Positions 1-13,720 of a DNA stretch of 64,000 bases are shown piece after piece; the stretch's first letter is position 1; each line of letters begins with the position of its first letter. Both the position numbers and the translations under genes were made by a program. The stretch covers positions 9,175,931-9,239,930 of the forward strand of contig CM119269.1 in NCBI GenBank assembly GCA_051294375.1, given 5' to 3'. This DNA comes from Paraspadella gotoi (lineage: Eukaryota; Animalia; Chaetognatha). Under the pieces are notes generated by a model. That model searched no databases, was not told the DNA's origin, and was given only the letters and a program-made list of their open reading frames with translations.

Positions 1-2194
1 ATGAAAAACTCCGAAAATCCCTTTGAGATGAGAAGATGCGATTTAATTCGTTCTCGTCTTAGTTGGGATTTTGTCCGTCGATGTTCCTCGACGGGACGGA
101 CACAGACGGACAAAGGGATGAGACTGGGATTTAGAGATTGAGTATGAGAATTGGGACGAAAGGGGACAAGAAACAAAAAAACAAAACAGAAAGATAAAAC
201 AAGAAATGAAAAAAGAAAAGAAGATAGTATAAAAATAAAGAAAATTCATTGAGATGATAGGTATAGTTTGAGAGAGATGAGTCGGAGTGGAATTGAACAA
301 GATATGAGTCGAGTTAGAATAAGAAGGATGATTATCAGATGAGAAGATGACGCTAGCATGATGAGAAGAGAGTTTGCCGAAGAGAGGATGAAGTTTAGCA
401 GTTGACGAAGATGAGTCGAGGAGGACAGACAAGAACGAGTCTGCGGGATTTAGAAGACGTCATAAAATCGTATCAAAGCTCGAATTCGTCTTGGCGGCGG
501 AGACGGGGGAGAGACGAGAGAGAGGCAGAGGAAGAGAGAGGAGTGAGAGGAGGGAAGAGAGAGCAGAGAGAGAGGATGGCGGATTGACGACTAGAAGGGA
601 GAGAGAGAGGAGGAAGAGAGAGAGAGAGAAGAGAATTGGTTGTTGACCTTCCACACTCTGTGGCCATGGATGAAACTGCTCTCTCTAAACTCGGAAACAA
701 AGAGCAAGAGAATGAGATTAGAAAGAAAAAGTTTAGCGTTGTTGTTCGTGGGCGAGAGAGATTTGGTGTGGCCGTCACGTTAGGGTTGGTTAGGAGGCGC
801 GATAATTGGGGGGGGGGCGGAATTCTGTAGCTTCCAGGAGCTGCTTGTAGAGTTTGAAGTGTGAAATCGATCTAGTGATATAGCGGAGTGATAGTTTGAC
901 AGTGTGAATCGCTCTACGTGATGAATTTAAGGAAAAGACTCCCATGGTGAACCCGGTCCGTCGCGAATGGATTTCAGAAGTTGTGAAACTTGTGATCGAC
1001 AAATTTTCGTCGACTTTAGATATGAATCTCAAGTGGTCAGCCTGATGTGGTCAGCCTGACGTGGTCAGAGTGACGTGGTATTGGGGAGTTGAGGGTCGGT
1101 TACGAGTGGACAGAATCTGAGGATCGAATTGATAAGAAGAGAGAAAAAAGATGTTTCGAGTTTCGAGTGGATCCACAACAGATATCTGAATAAATCTAGT
1201 ATCCTCGAAAAACAAATGCTTGCAAAAGTCTGTCAGTCAGTACGTCTGTCGATGATCGGCATCTGCGGCGTACGCACCGGCTCTGTGACACGCACAAAAA
1301 TCGAACTCAGATTTAAAAAAAAACGACGAATTTTGAAAAAAAAAATAGAAGGGAAAAGAAAAAAAAATGGAAAAGGGAAAAATGAAAGAAAGAAAAAGAG
1401 TTGAGAGAATCTTAACAGGGCAGACAAGCGGCATAAATCGAATTACCGTTGCGATTAGATTAAAATCGAATTGAAGAAAAAGTTTTTCCTTCTTATTTAG
1501 TAAAAAAAAATTGAATTTACAAGAATAAATGAGGAAGGAAAATGGGACGAAGAAAAGGATTATTATTTCTAGAAGTTAGGATGGAGAAAATGAGAGATGA
1601 TTAAGGTTTTAGCGTTAGGATTTTAATTAAAATACTTATTCTAGTGTTTTATAACTAAAACACTAAAACGCTATGTTCGTCCGAATCCTTTACTTACCAT
1701 ATTCCCAACCCGATTTAATTTTTCTCTTCACTTTTAACTTTTCTCCAACTTTTAACAAGGATCAATTATATGCTTCTTCAATTTAGCACTCCCCTGAAGC
1801 CAGGTCCTAATCTCGCTCCTCTTCCCTACTCCGCTACCCCATCTCGACCATTCCAGCTCCACTTCCCCTAAAAAGCTCCGCCACCCCACTCGCTGCACCC
1901 GAGTCCGCGGCCCGCTCCTGAACTCACGTGTGAAGAGAAGGGCTTGAAGGAGTTGTTGGGGGCGATGGAAGGGGTGGCCATCGTCGTCATGGCCTCCGGG
2001 CGGATGAGGCGAATGTCTCGCTCTCTGTCGTTCGCTCTCGCTCGTCAAGCAGAAGCGCGACTCTGTCCTTATGAAAAAAGCAGCGGCTTTTGAAAGGAAG
2101 GGCGTTGTGGACAGGTGGAGGCGAGGAATTGATTCGTGAGGGTTTTTTTTTTTTTTAAATCGGCGCGAAGAGATGAAAAAAAGGCGCGTAGTGA

Positions 2195-2350
2195 TGAGCG
2201 AGTTTGGCGCGCAGTGACGTAGCGTCAATAATTTACAAAATGTATGTAATCGTCAGCAGCGAATTTGACCTTTGACTTTTTCGCCGGAAATTAAATGACG
2301 CCGATTGACGCCGGAAATTCGATCTGTGACGCGGATTGAAGCCGGAAGAG
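2195..2350. promoter_or_regulatory. Possible CpG-rich promoter-like element (ETS, CRE-half-site and E2F-like motifs)
   Basis: Three GCCGGAA(A/G) motifs at 2283-2348, several TGACG half-sites and TTTGGCGCGC at ~2203 in an AT-rich background. Motif-level inference only. Confidence 0.25.
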
Positions 2351-3502
2351 AATCTTCACCTTTTTCGATCTCACCGAGTCATTTCGATTCGGATCGAGTC
2401 TCACTCCTTTTCTTGTTTGCATCGACGTCTACTTTGATCGCATAAAATGCAGTCGATGACTTTTTTGTTGATATATTTATTTTAAGAGTTTATGTAATTT
2501 GGTAAAAACCAGCGAGACCCAAAAAAAAAATAAGAATTTAACTAAGTTGAATTCGATGGGGGAAAGGAATGTTTGTTTTAGTTCTAATTATATTTAGTGT
2601 TTTTTTCACGATTCGCGTTTGTTGTTGTCGTTGTCGTTCTCGTCGTCGTCGTCGACAATGTTTGTAATTTTAATTTCACTTTGATCTTTTGTTTGTTTTT
2701 ATTTATTAAATTTTTTTTAAAAATGAAGTTTTTTGTTGGTTTTTTTTTTTCCGGGAGATTCTAAAGTCGCGACGCGGAATTCACTGATGTGATGATCATC
2801 ATTCGAAGGGAAAAATTCAAAGACCAAAAACGACGAGAGGACGACGACGACGACGACGACGAGGCGATAAAGGAGGAGGAGGAGGAGGAGGAGGAGGAGG
2901 AGGAGGAAGACCGTCTGATGAGACTTGTTCTCGCTTTTTTCTTCCTCTGTAATGTTCGATCTGCGGATGAAGGAGAAGGAGAAGGAGGAGGAGGAGGAGG
3001 AAGAGGGAGAGGAGAGGGAAGAGGAAGAGGAGAGGAATCGGGATATCGAAAGCGATGATATTAAAATGTTGGAGGAAGAGGAAAAAACCGCAATGAGGAG
3101 GAGAGAGTAACGCGGGCGTCGTCGTTGTTGTTGTTGCTGTCGTTGTTGTCGTCGTTGTTGTTGTGGTTGGTATTGCTAATGATGTTAAAGAGTTTGATTT
3201 TACAGCAGATAATTTTATTAATTAAACCTTTTGATTGGTTTTAATTAGTAAAGTAATGATTTTGTTGCTATGTTTACATCTAAATTTAAAAAAATGATGG
3301 TAATCTTTCACATCTTTTTTTTTTTAAATTTTAGGGTAATTGTTCAAATTGCTCCTGTATAGAGAGGTAAAGAGTAAAAACTGAAATGTTATAAACTAAG
3401 AAACAAATATTTTTGAAAAAATATTAATTGAGAATTAAAGTGAATCAAAAACTTAATAAAAAAATGATCTAACCGCAGACCTCCAAGGAGAGAGAGAGAG
3501 AG

Positions 3503-3547
<45 letters not shown>

Positions 3548-4792
3548 CAGAGAGAGAGGAGAGGAGTAAAAGCCCAAATTTTCCCTTTTCGGTTAAGGAA
3601 GCCTCCTTATTTAGCAGGATTACTTTACATTATTAATGAAGATATTAGGAGGCCACACAAGGGAGTTAAAAGCCGCGCATATGGTAAGGCAGAGGTGGAA
3701 ATGGAACGATATGGTGAGGAAGAGGAGGAGGAGGAAGAGGAGGAGGAGGAGAATTTGCCGCGATTGAAAAGCTCCCGCGATTGGAGTCAGATTCGCTACG
3801 GCGTCTTCCTTCGCCTCGGCTCCTCGCAGCTGCAGGAGTTTCGGGTCCGCTGCTGCGGAAGCNNNNNNNNNNNNNNNNNNNNNNNNNNNNNNNNNNNNNN
3901 NNNNNNNNNNNNNNNNNNNNNNNNNNNNNNNNNNNNNNNNNNNNNNNNNNNNNNNNNNNNNNNNNNNNNNNNNNNNNNNNNNNNNNNNNNNNNNNNNNNN
4001 NNNNNNNNNNNNNNNNNNNNNNNNNNNNNNNNNNNNNNNNNNNNNNNNNNNNNNNNGAGAGAGAGAGAGAGAGCGTAGCAACCAAAAGGAAACGAAGGAA
4101 GGAAGCATCCGACTTTTTTTTTCTCTTATTTTGACGAAAAGATAAAAGATGAGAAACAGAAAATAGAGAGAGAGGAAGGTGAAAATAGAGAGGGAGAGGG
4201 ATGACTAGAGAGGGAGAGAGATGAATAGAGAGGGAGAGAGATGAATAAAGAGGGAGAGAGTGGAATAGATAGGGAGGAGAAGGAAATAGAGAGGGAGAGA
4301 GGAAAAAGGAAAGGGAGAGAGAATAAAAGAAAGAAGTAGAAAGATAAACAGAGAAGGAGAGAGGAAGAAAAAATTAAGAAAAAGTGTTAGAAAGGAAAGA
4401 AGAAAAAAGGAAGAAACTCAGGAAGGAACTGATGATAATGAAAAATAAAATAAAAAAAAAAAGCGAGAGAACTTGAATGGAAGAAGAAGTGAAAAAAAAC
4501 TGATGTGTGATTATAAAAAAATATAATATATAGGGGTGTAAACGAGGTTTAAAACTGAATAGTAATAATATGTGCGATTTTATTTCGAATACAACGAGGT
4601 TGATTCAGTACAATAATCATCACACACAAACAAACACAACATAGACTAAGTCTAAGCAAAAAAAAAAATATATATAAAATAGAAGAGAAAAAAGTTAATT
4701 AAATAAAATTAATTAATTAAAATTTAAACAATTAAAAATTGTTCTTATGTTGTAAAAAACGGAACAAGTTTCTGAAGAACAGTATTTTTGTA

Positions 4793-4811
4793 TTAATAAT
4801 AATAATAAATA

Positions 4812-4857
<46 letters not shown>

Positions 4858-4953
4858 CAATAATAATAATAATAATAATAATAATCAATAATAAATAATA
4901 ATAATATAATAATAATAATATAATAATAATAATAATAATAATATATAATAATA
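4793..4953. repeat. (AAT)n microsatellite
   Basis: Directly visible imperfect AAT run. Confidence 0.95.
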
Positions 4954-7900
4954 GTTTTTATAATGTTTATAAATAAGGTTTCGAGGACAACCTTGAGTAG
5001 ATCTACGCTTTGTAATCTCTTTTAAAAAAGCGTGTAGAGCCACGAGGAAAAACATTGCTAGTAACTGATAAAAATCTTCAGTCATTTTCTTGGTCTCCGG
5101 TCCTTTACATCCGCCTCCGGAAAATCTCGGCGCCAAAAATCTAAACGCTAATCTTTGGCGCCGGAAGAACCCGGCATCGACTCTCTGCCCCGAAAAAATC
5201 TTAATATCAAATCCCGGCGCCGGAATCTTTCGCCTCAGGACGCCGGGCGACGAGGGCGTTCTCTAATCTGAGTCTCAGGCGCCTCGACTGACACACCCCC
5301 GACTCCTCCCTTTCAGCCCTGGCGGCACGGGGCGGCGCTAGAGAGTGGACAGCCCCTCGGGCTTGACCGCGCCACCCTCGCCGCTCGGAGTCGGGGCGTG
5401 TCCCTCTCGACCCCTTGTCCCCCCCCAAACTTTATCACCCCCGGGGCCGGCGACGTTGTTTCGCGTGACTTTGGAACAAAATGTTTGGGAAACGATGATG
5501 ACGACGATGACGACGATGACGACGACTACGACGAGGTGGAATAATATTGTAATAATAATCATAATATTATGTAGATTATTAAAATTTACATGACAATCTC
5601 GATTACAATGAATACGCAAATCTTGTTTGTAGGCAATGATAGTTCCGATGAATGTTATAACTATAAGAACAATGGTGATGACACAAATAATAATTATAAA
5701 GATGACGACGAGGACGGCTACCAATTTATTGTTTATATTTTTTAACACTTTTACAAAAGGAAGTTAAGATCGACGAACTACAACGAGAGTTTATGTCCTA
5801 CACCATGATGATGACCATGATGACTCTGATCTAATCTGATCAAGCAGAATAATTATGTTATTTTATAATGGCAGGAAGTTTGTTTAATGCACCTGCTGTT
5901 TGCTGATTTGTTTAATGTAATCAAACGAACTGAAAAAAATATTATCCGACTTTCAAAACAAAAGAAAATTGGAATTAAACAAAAAAAACAAAGGACACTT
6001 AAACTCTATACACGATTGTTCCCAAAGTTTGAACATCTGTATATCCAGTGAGATCATTGTAAGGAAACAAATAGAAAACTTTAGATTGATTCATAACTGA
6101 AAAATAACGTTTCCGAAAAAAAAACATTAATAAAAGTTTACAATTAATTCGAACAACTTTTGCAGCTGGGGTCATTGAGAAAGCGGGCAAAAACTTTGAG
6201 GTGCACGGTTGGGAAAAATAAATCCTGTTTAATGAAATACTCATTTTTTTTTAAATTTAACTATTGACGTCATAAAATGAAATCAATTCAAGTCTTCCTA
6301 ATTTAGATTTAATTTAATAGTCCGATTACATTTTTTTTCTGTGAGGGGGAAAGAATCGGACGAAGAATAAATAATTGAAATTAGTTTCAGATTGATCAAT
6401 TTTTTAAGTTGAGTAACGTGTCTAATAGAGACCCCTTTGTTAATTTAGTGAATTTAAAAATATAATTTAAAATAAACTATAAATATAGGGTTCATTCATC
6501 ATGTGTTCTTCGACGATCGTCTTAACAGATCGAATTTTAGGTTATAAATTTAAAAAAAAAGCCGTGAATTTTATTAATAAAGTGAAGTTTATTTATGAAA
6601 ATAACATTGAAATTAAATATGTATGAATGATATGATTTAAAATATATGATTTCGCTTCAACAATTAACTGGACGAATATAATTGTACAAACTATCCTTGC
6701 AAGATATTACATATTCAATATATTTTAAAAATTGTACAATTTTCATCTGAAAACTCAAAGCACGAATTGGTTCATTGCGGTTCGAAGGAAAAATTCTCGT
6801 CCTTCTATAGATTCGGCGATGAGGAAATTGGATTGATGACATTCATCATGGACGAATCTCCTCTCTCTCAAGTATTACCGATCCCAAAAGGCGCAGTTTG
6901 AACTGGCTATAAGGGGCAGTTTTACAACTCGCCCTCTTTCCGTTCACGAACTTCTCTTTCCCTACTGTTTTTAGGAAATACCCCCCGCCACTATTTTCAT
7001 GGGATTAACATTTGAAGCCCTCAGCATTACCCACTGGCGTGGGAATCCCCGCCACTATTTTTGATGGGGATTGAACATGAGCCCTTCCTCCGGCCGAATC
7101 ACAAATCTGTCTCACATAGCTAGTCCTTGTTATAAAAATATTTTAACTGAAAAATAAAATATTATGATCCTAATTTAAAAAATAGAATAATATATTTGCT
7201 TGAATGGCTGAGAATAGATTCGTCTTTGCATACCAGAAAAAATGAAAAGTTAGTAGAATAATATTATTTCATAATGGATGAATTACACAGTAACTTCGAA
7301 GGCTTCTGTCTTCCCTTCCCTCAAGCAGACAAACATAAAATGAAAAAAAAATGTATTATTAGGTTTTACATAACTTGCTCGCAACCAGAAGTCTTCTTCC
7401 CTCTTCACATATTTCAATCTATTATTCTTCTCCTTCATACAATTATATTGTCCAGTTAGAAAACCTGTTCCTTCTAAATACAGTTCTTTATGGAAAGTTT
7501 TTTACAAAAACTTTTATTGTTTCAGTTCATTTCTTAATAAAATTATTATATAAATTTATACTTTTTATTTAGTTGCAGCACACTAGAAAAAAAAATTTTA
7601 TTCTTCTTGTTTTTTTTTCAAAAATAACTAAATTCACTCCACGTCATACAACGTAATATGTTACCTTAATCCTAAGATACCTCAATACACACAGCTTCTT
7701 TTTACGAAAGCAGTTTGAGCATACACATGTCAGCACTCTGTGCCACGCACGTCGCTGTTCATTCATATAGAGTGATAATTTAATTAAATAAATCACTAAA
7801 CATCCAATTATATTAAAATTAAAGATAAATTATTGCTGTGCACCACGAAACTTAATTGAACTTTGAACTTGATCAGACCTTGAATTTTTTTTTTTTCTTT

Positions 7901-8391
7901 TCTTTCTTTTTTTTTTTTTTTTCGTTTTTTTCTTTTTTTCTTTACTTTTTTTGATTTCACTTGCATGCTTTTTTTCCTTTCTTTCATCTGCTCTTTTTCT
8001 TTTTTTTTTTTTTTATTTTTTTTCCTTCTTTCCTAATCCTCCTCCTTATTCTTTTATCTCCTTTTCGTCTTCCTTTCTTTTTTCTCTTAATTAATTTAAG
8101 TAATTTTTTCTTTCTTTGTTTTTTTTTTTTTTTTTCTGTTTTTTTTTTTCCCCTTTCGTTTAATTTTTTTTTTTTTTTTTTTTTCCCTTTTCATATCTTC
8201 TTTTCTTTCTTCCATGTCGTGATGCCTTATTTCCGAGAGGAAAATAACCCTCCTCTCTTGTCTTAAGGCGAACAATGATCACGCAATGAAAAAGGATAAA
8301 AAGAAAAAAAGGAAAAAAGAAAAAAGAAAAGGAAAAAAGAAAGTTTTTATTTTCCGAAATTTCGCTTTGTCAGGAAGAGAAAGAGAAACAG

Positions 8392-8458
<67 letters not shown>

Positions 8459-8563
8459 TATATATAATCTTTAGAAAAACATTTATTTTTTATAATTTAT
8501 ATTATTGAGAATAAATACGTAACAGTTTCAAAATTATTCATAGCTCTTTTCATCCTTTTTCAG

Positions 8564-8815
8564 GATGCTGTCACAGCAACCCATCTTTGTCCGCTGGTGG
8601 CCGAGTTTTACGTCTGGCCGTACATCCAAGAATAGACAGGTAAAGTTAGGTCAACATTTTTCTCACCCTTTAATTATGTTAGCCACGCAAATTTATTTTG
8701 CTACGCCTAACATTATTAATATTTCTTATTTTAATTCTGCCAAGAATATATTATTCATTTGTTTTAGCTTCCTTTATCTTTTTCTCTGAATTCTATTTCT
8801 ATAATCCTTTCTTTT

Positions 8816-8853
<38 letters not shown>

Positions 8854-11800
8854 GCTGCTCCGCATTCTCTCTCTTCCACTCTCTATTTTCTCATTCTTCC
8901 TTTTCTCTGTCTCTCTCTTCTCCCTCTCTCTTCGCCCATTCCTAAACTGCTCTCCTCCTGCTTCTCCCCACCCTCCCCCCCCCCCCCCACCCGCAGTGCC
9001 AGCGCGCGCCGCCTTTCTCTCTCTCTCTCTCTCTCTCTCCACTCTCTGCTCCCACTCTCTCTGCCCCTCTCTGCTCTCTCTCCCGCATTCTCTCTCTTTC
9101 CACTCTCTATTTTCTAATTCTTCTTTTCTCTGTCTCCTGCATTCTCCCTCTCTCTTCCCCATTCCTCCTCTCTGCCTCCTCTTTCCTTCTCTCTCTTCTC
9201 TCTCTCTCTCTCCACTCTCTGCCTCCCCTGACTCTCTCTCTCCCCTCTTCCCTCTCTCTCTAATCTCCGACTCTCATCTTCGCCTTTTTCCCTTTCTCTT
9301 CTCACTCCTGCCTCTGTCCTTCTTTTCCCCCTCCCTTTCTCTGCATTTGCGCTATCCCTTCTTCCTCTCCACGCTCCCTTTCGCCTCTCTCCCACTCACT
9401 CTCCTCTTCCCACACTTTTCTCTCCCTCCCCCTCTCTCTCTCTCTCCTCTCTTTCCCTCCACTCTCTCTCCCGCTTTCTCTCTCTCTCTTCAGATTTCCC
9501 TGAACACAATGACTCTGACAATTGAGTCTCCGCACAGTTTATACCGACTTTGGTGTAGCAATATCTGTCACCGTATCGCCCAGGTCAGATGATGATACTG
9601 ATTAAGATAATGGTGACACCTGATGACTATGAATCGCCAAGGTCAGATGATGAATGATAGTGATTAAGATAATGTGACACGCATGATGACTATGACTTAT
9701 CGCCAGAGGTCAGATTGATGATGATAGTGATAAGATAAATGATTGACAACATGATGCTATGAACATCACCAAGTCAGATGATGATGATAATGATTAAGAT
9801 AATGATGACAAAACGATGAATAAAAATGCCAAGGACAGAAACGAGGAGATCCCTAAGCTGCAGCCAATAATGATAAATGATGATAAAGATGATGATAGTA
9901 TAATTCTGATTATGACATCAGGTAAAATCAGGACAGAAACGAGGAGATGCTGGCTGCTGCCTGCCCAAACATTTTTAGGCTAAGACAGGCAAAGGCAGAG
10001 ATCCGTCGAATTGCCACTGGAGATCACTTGAACGGTCATCAAACGGAGCGATCAATGGGTAAGGAATTGGGTCGGGTCAGGATATTGGCTCTGAAAAGGA
10101 ATCATAAAACGAAGTAAAAGTCATGAAGTAATGCGGGAAAATAATATATTGATGCCAGGAAAATCTATACGGCGGACAAAATCCGTGAAGGGTAAAAAGT
10201 AGGAAGAAGTAAAGAGATGAAGGTGAAGTGAACCTCGGGAAGCGGGCCCGAATCCCTGGGAGGAGGATGAAGAGGAGGTGAATAAGCCCGCGTCGGTCTA
10301 TCTTCTTTATACCTGATTGGTTTCAGGTCAAAGACACGATCATTGGTAAGAAATTGGGTCGGGTCAGGATATTGGTCAGGTCATAGTCACGGATCATTGG
10401 TAAGGGAAATTGGGCTCGGGTCAGAAATATTATGTCAAGGTCAAGTCACATGATAAGTTAGAGGAGACCCCAGAGGTAGACTCTCTGGTAACTTGGTTGG
10501 GATCATGAAAACTTTATAACCAAAATGTAAAACTTACTTTAAATCAATCAATCAATCATCATTTTCCGATTCAACGAAAGTTTTCACTGAAATAAAAACG
10601 ATCAATCCTTTTTTTTAAATTCAACGTTTTCTTATTTTTATTTTTCTTAACTCAATTCTTAAAATATCTCGTTCTCGCTCTATTTTCTCTCTCTCCTATC
10701 TATCTTCGTCGTCTCTCTCTCTCGCTCTCTCTCTCCTCCTTCCTCTCTCTCTCTTCTTCTCTCTCTCTTTCTCTCCTTTACCAGGAACATGACCGTCGAA
10801 GAAATCTATCAGACCGAAAGAATTCTCCAAAACTGTTTTCGATGTGGCATCTTCGATTTGGTCAATATGGGCCTACTGTTTGTGTCCATTACTCTCAGGA
10901 TATCAAGGACGACAACGGTTACCTCAAAGCCTGGGAATGCCTAGAACAGCCAAGGTGATGCTTACTATGCCCTGGGAATGGCTAGAAACAGCCCAGGTGA
11001 GCTTTACTATGCCTCAACGGAACATGGTGAGGCTTGACCATTGCTGAATAGCATAGTGTCTCTGGCAAGAATAAATTAATAGAGACTGTGCAAACATGAG
11101 CTACTAGGTTTTCTTCTTAATGGCTGGTGATTATAGTATGTCATCTAAGTTAAATACTTAAAAAAAAAAATTTAAACAATAAACGTAATATTAATTTATG
11201 GGTTAAATTTATTCAGATTATTATAAATTGAAAGTAAATTATTGTTGAATGATGAATTTCTTCATTGTCCTTAATCTCCTTAAAACCCCTTTAACCACTT
11301 TAACTGCACCCCCCCTAAAGACGGTATTCACCCTTTAAACTGGCAGCGCCCCTAGACGTATTCACCACTTTAACTGCAACCCCCCTAAGAGCGTATTCAC
11401 CACTTTAACTGGCAACCCACCTAAGACGTATTCACCACCTTTAACTGCAACCACCTAGACGTATTCGCCACTTTACTGCAACCCGCCCTAGACATTTCAC
11501 CAACTATTAACTGCAACCCCCTAGACACGTATTCGCCACTTTAATGCAACCGCCCTAGACGTTATTCACCACTTTTAAACTGCAAACCCCCCCTAGACGT
11601 ATTTCGGCCACTTTACCTGCAACCCCTCAGACGTATACACAAACTTTAATTCCCCCCATTAAACTGGCGTCAGGTAAACGTGACGAGCGAATCGGCGAAG
11701 GCAGAAGCTCGTCGGGATGCGGGAAATCAAGGAAGCCATCCCGAAGAAGCAACGATGGCAGCGCGGTTCCAAAAATGACGTCGAAAATTGCAAAAGCAGA

Positions 11801-11888
11801 GAGAGACTTCCATCTGAAAAAGGCCTCTTAACGACGCGGGAGGTCCAATCCAAGAAAAGCCAAGCCGACATGGGCCTATGATTTACAG
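8564..11888 (+). CDS. FLOT1: Flotillin-1 (SPFH and flotillin domains), partial. Five exons: 8564-8639, 9494-9583, 9922-10058, 10785-10954, 11674-11888, with many indels
   Basis: AG/GT-bounded exons. After correcting scattered indels they read GCCHSNPIFVAGGRVFVWPYIQxIDR | ISLNTMTLTIESPxVYTxFGVAISVTGIAQ | VKIxGQNEEMLAAACQTFLGKTxAEIRRIALExLxGHQRAIMG | [58 protein letters not shown] | [70 protein letters not shown], collinear with metazoan flotillin-1. First coding exon and C-terminal exons not found. Confidence 0.92.
9575..9815 (+). repeat. ~60-bp tandem repeat (4 copies) starting at the donor of the 9494-9583 flotillin exon
   Basis: Unit approx. ATCGCCCAG|GTCAGATGATGATAGTGATTAAGATAATGxTGACACxTGATGACTATGA. 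Confidence 0.85.
11290..11650. repeat. Minisatellite, ~35-38-bp unit, ~10 copies
   Basis: Unit approx. CCACTTTAACTGCAACCCCCCTAGACGTATTCA, in the flotillin intron before exon 11674. Confidence 0.9.
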
Positions 11889-12150
11889 GTGGGGAGAAGA
11901 AAATTGACTTGATTTGATTTGTAATAACTCTCAAAATGTGAGATGTTAACAAATTAACAATAAAATATGTTTTCAGAAGCGGTACATACATGTTATGTAC
12001 TTGCAAAGATTTAATTTCTACATAATATACAATATGAAAATAAGTTAATTACGAATTTAGCATGGTGGGTCCGGAGAAGAGCGGGAGTTAACAACTGGAG
12101 GTCTGCTCTATAACAGCTTTCTCAGTGGGGGGAGGGAGTGAAGAGAGGGG

Positions 12151-12181
<31 letters not shown>

Positions 12182-13564
12182 AAGAGTGATTAGTGATATA
12201 TGAGTAAGACAATAAAACATTTAATGAAATAAATTTTTATGCTTTGTGAATACATCCATCTTATTTTGTCGCTTTACAATCTATGTCTTTTGGTCAAATT
12301 CAATCCATGTCATTGTCCCATCACATGCCTGGTCTCGTTTCTTATTCACCATCAATGTCTTTGTTCCGATTCACCGCCGGTCATGTCCAATTCACTTTCC
12401 TGAACATTTGTCCATAACATGCTCTACCTAATTTCCCCTTTCTTAATTCGTCTTTTTCCACATCTATCTACCATCTCTCTACAATATGCTACCCTCTCTA
12501 AANNNNNNNNNNNNNNNNNNNNNNNNNAAAAAAGAAAAGAGATAAAAAAAAGGAAAAAAATTAAAAAGAAAAAAAAATTAGTTAAACATCGAAAAAAGAG
12601 AAAAACTGATAAAATGTGGTTAAAGGCGAAATGTTGAGACGCGGTCAACAGGGATTTGACACGAAAGAGGAAGGGGAGGAAGGAAGGGGGGAGGAAAGAG
12701 AAGAGGAAAATATGAAATGTAGAAGGAGGAAGAGATGAAAGAGGGCAAAGAAGGAAGCAAAGGTTATTAGTGTCCGATTTATAATAATTAATAGTTTAAG
12801 TTTAAAATTAAACTGGCCTCTTCTTTTAAGTTTCCATTCTTCTTGAAAAAACAAAAGATAAGCATTATTTAATTCTTTGATTTTTTTTATTCCTCGACTT
12901 AGTTTTCTCCATCGACTTAATTTTCTCTTCTTATTTGTGGTCAGATTCGTCGCCGGTCACGAGGACAGCGACGACGAACACAAAAGCGACGATGACGTCT
13001 GCAATGACGATAACGATAATGACGCAAATGACCACACGACGCCGACGACGACGACGACGACGACGTTGACGACGTCAACGACGGTCAATAAAAATCAATT
13101 CTTGCGAAAAGAAGTGAATTGTAATAATAATTCCATTAGTGAGAATCGCATTCAATTTCTCTCAGAAACTCGATAAGAATTGAAAATTTTTTTTTTAGAA
13201 TTTTGGTCAAACCTCGATTACTAATTGAGCCAAATCTGCCTTCATCGACCGAAAATTCCCCCTAATCTACACAAATCAACTAAAAATCCCCAACTCGACC
13301 ATTTTGTGACCACATTCATCCATTTTAAATCTCACCACACNNNNNNNNNNNNNNNNNNNNNNNCACATCCACATCCACGAACCCGCCCTTTCCCCCTCCC
13401 CAATTTCTCGTTACAACGCCGAAACGCCGAGGTGCCGCAACGCCGGAACGCCGGTCGTAAAGGGTTCCCGGCGCCGGAGTGATTTGTTCTTCCGTCCGGT
13501 CGTTCGAGGCCGCTTGACCCTCGCGACCCGCGGCACCGAGCCGGCCGCTCGGCGCCCGGCGCCT

Positions 13565-13720
13565 TCCAATTAAATCCAATATTTATGGACCATTCTTACA
13601 CTATTGATAGATGGAGCTTTGCGCCCTTTTATGGTCCATTTACGGGATGCAGACCCTTTGTTCCTTTTCACCTGGAGAAGATTGCGCTCGCTGAGTGTTT
13701 ATGGCTATTATGGGTTTAAT
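13565..13720. promoter_or_regulatory. Cluster of homeodomain-type sites (candidate enhancer)
   Basis: TTTATGG at 13582, 13628 and 13698; TTTACGG at 13639; ATTATGG at 13707; TGATAGATGG (TGATnnAT Pbx/Hox-like) at 13605. All on the same strand. Confidence 0.35.

Noticed and set aside
43-2228. Minus-strand ORFs and plausible splice sites (e.g. CACAC|GTGAGT near 1927)
   Set aside because: Could not build a phase-consistent stop-free exon chain or recognise any protein family.
3620-5490. GC-rich coding-like patches at 3750-3862 and 4980-5490
   Set aside because: Stops interrupt the frames or a gap truncates them; no recognisable motif. May be exons or UTR of an unidentified gene.
8698-9592. Long L/S-rich and E/R-rich ORFs
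   Set aside because: Translations of (CT)n/(AG)n intronic microsatellite. Only 9494-9583 is a real flotillin exon.
11290-11650. CRISPR-like periodicity (~36-bp unit)
   Set aside because: Units are head-to-tail with no unique spacers, no cas genes, and a eukaryotic intron context.
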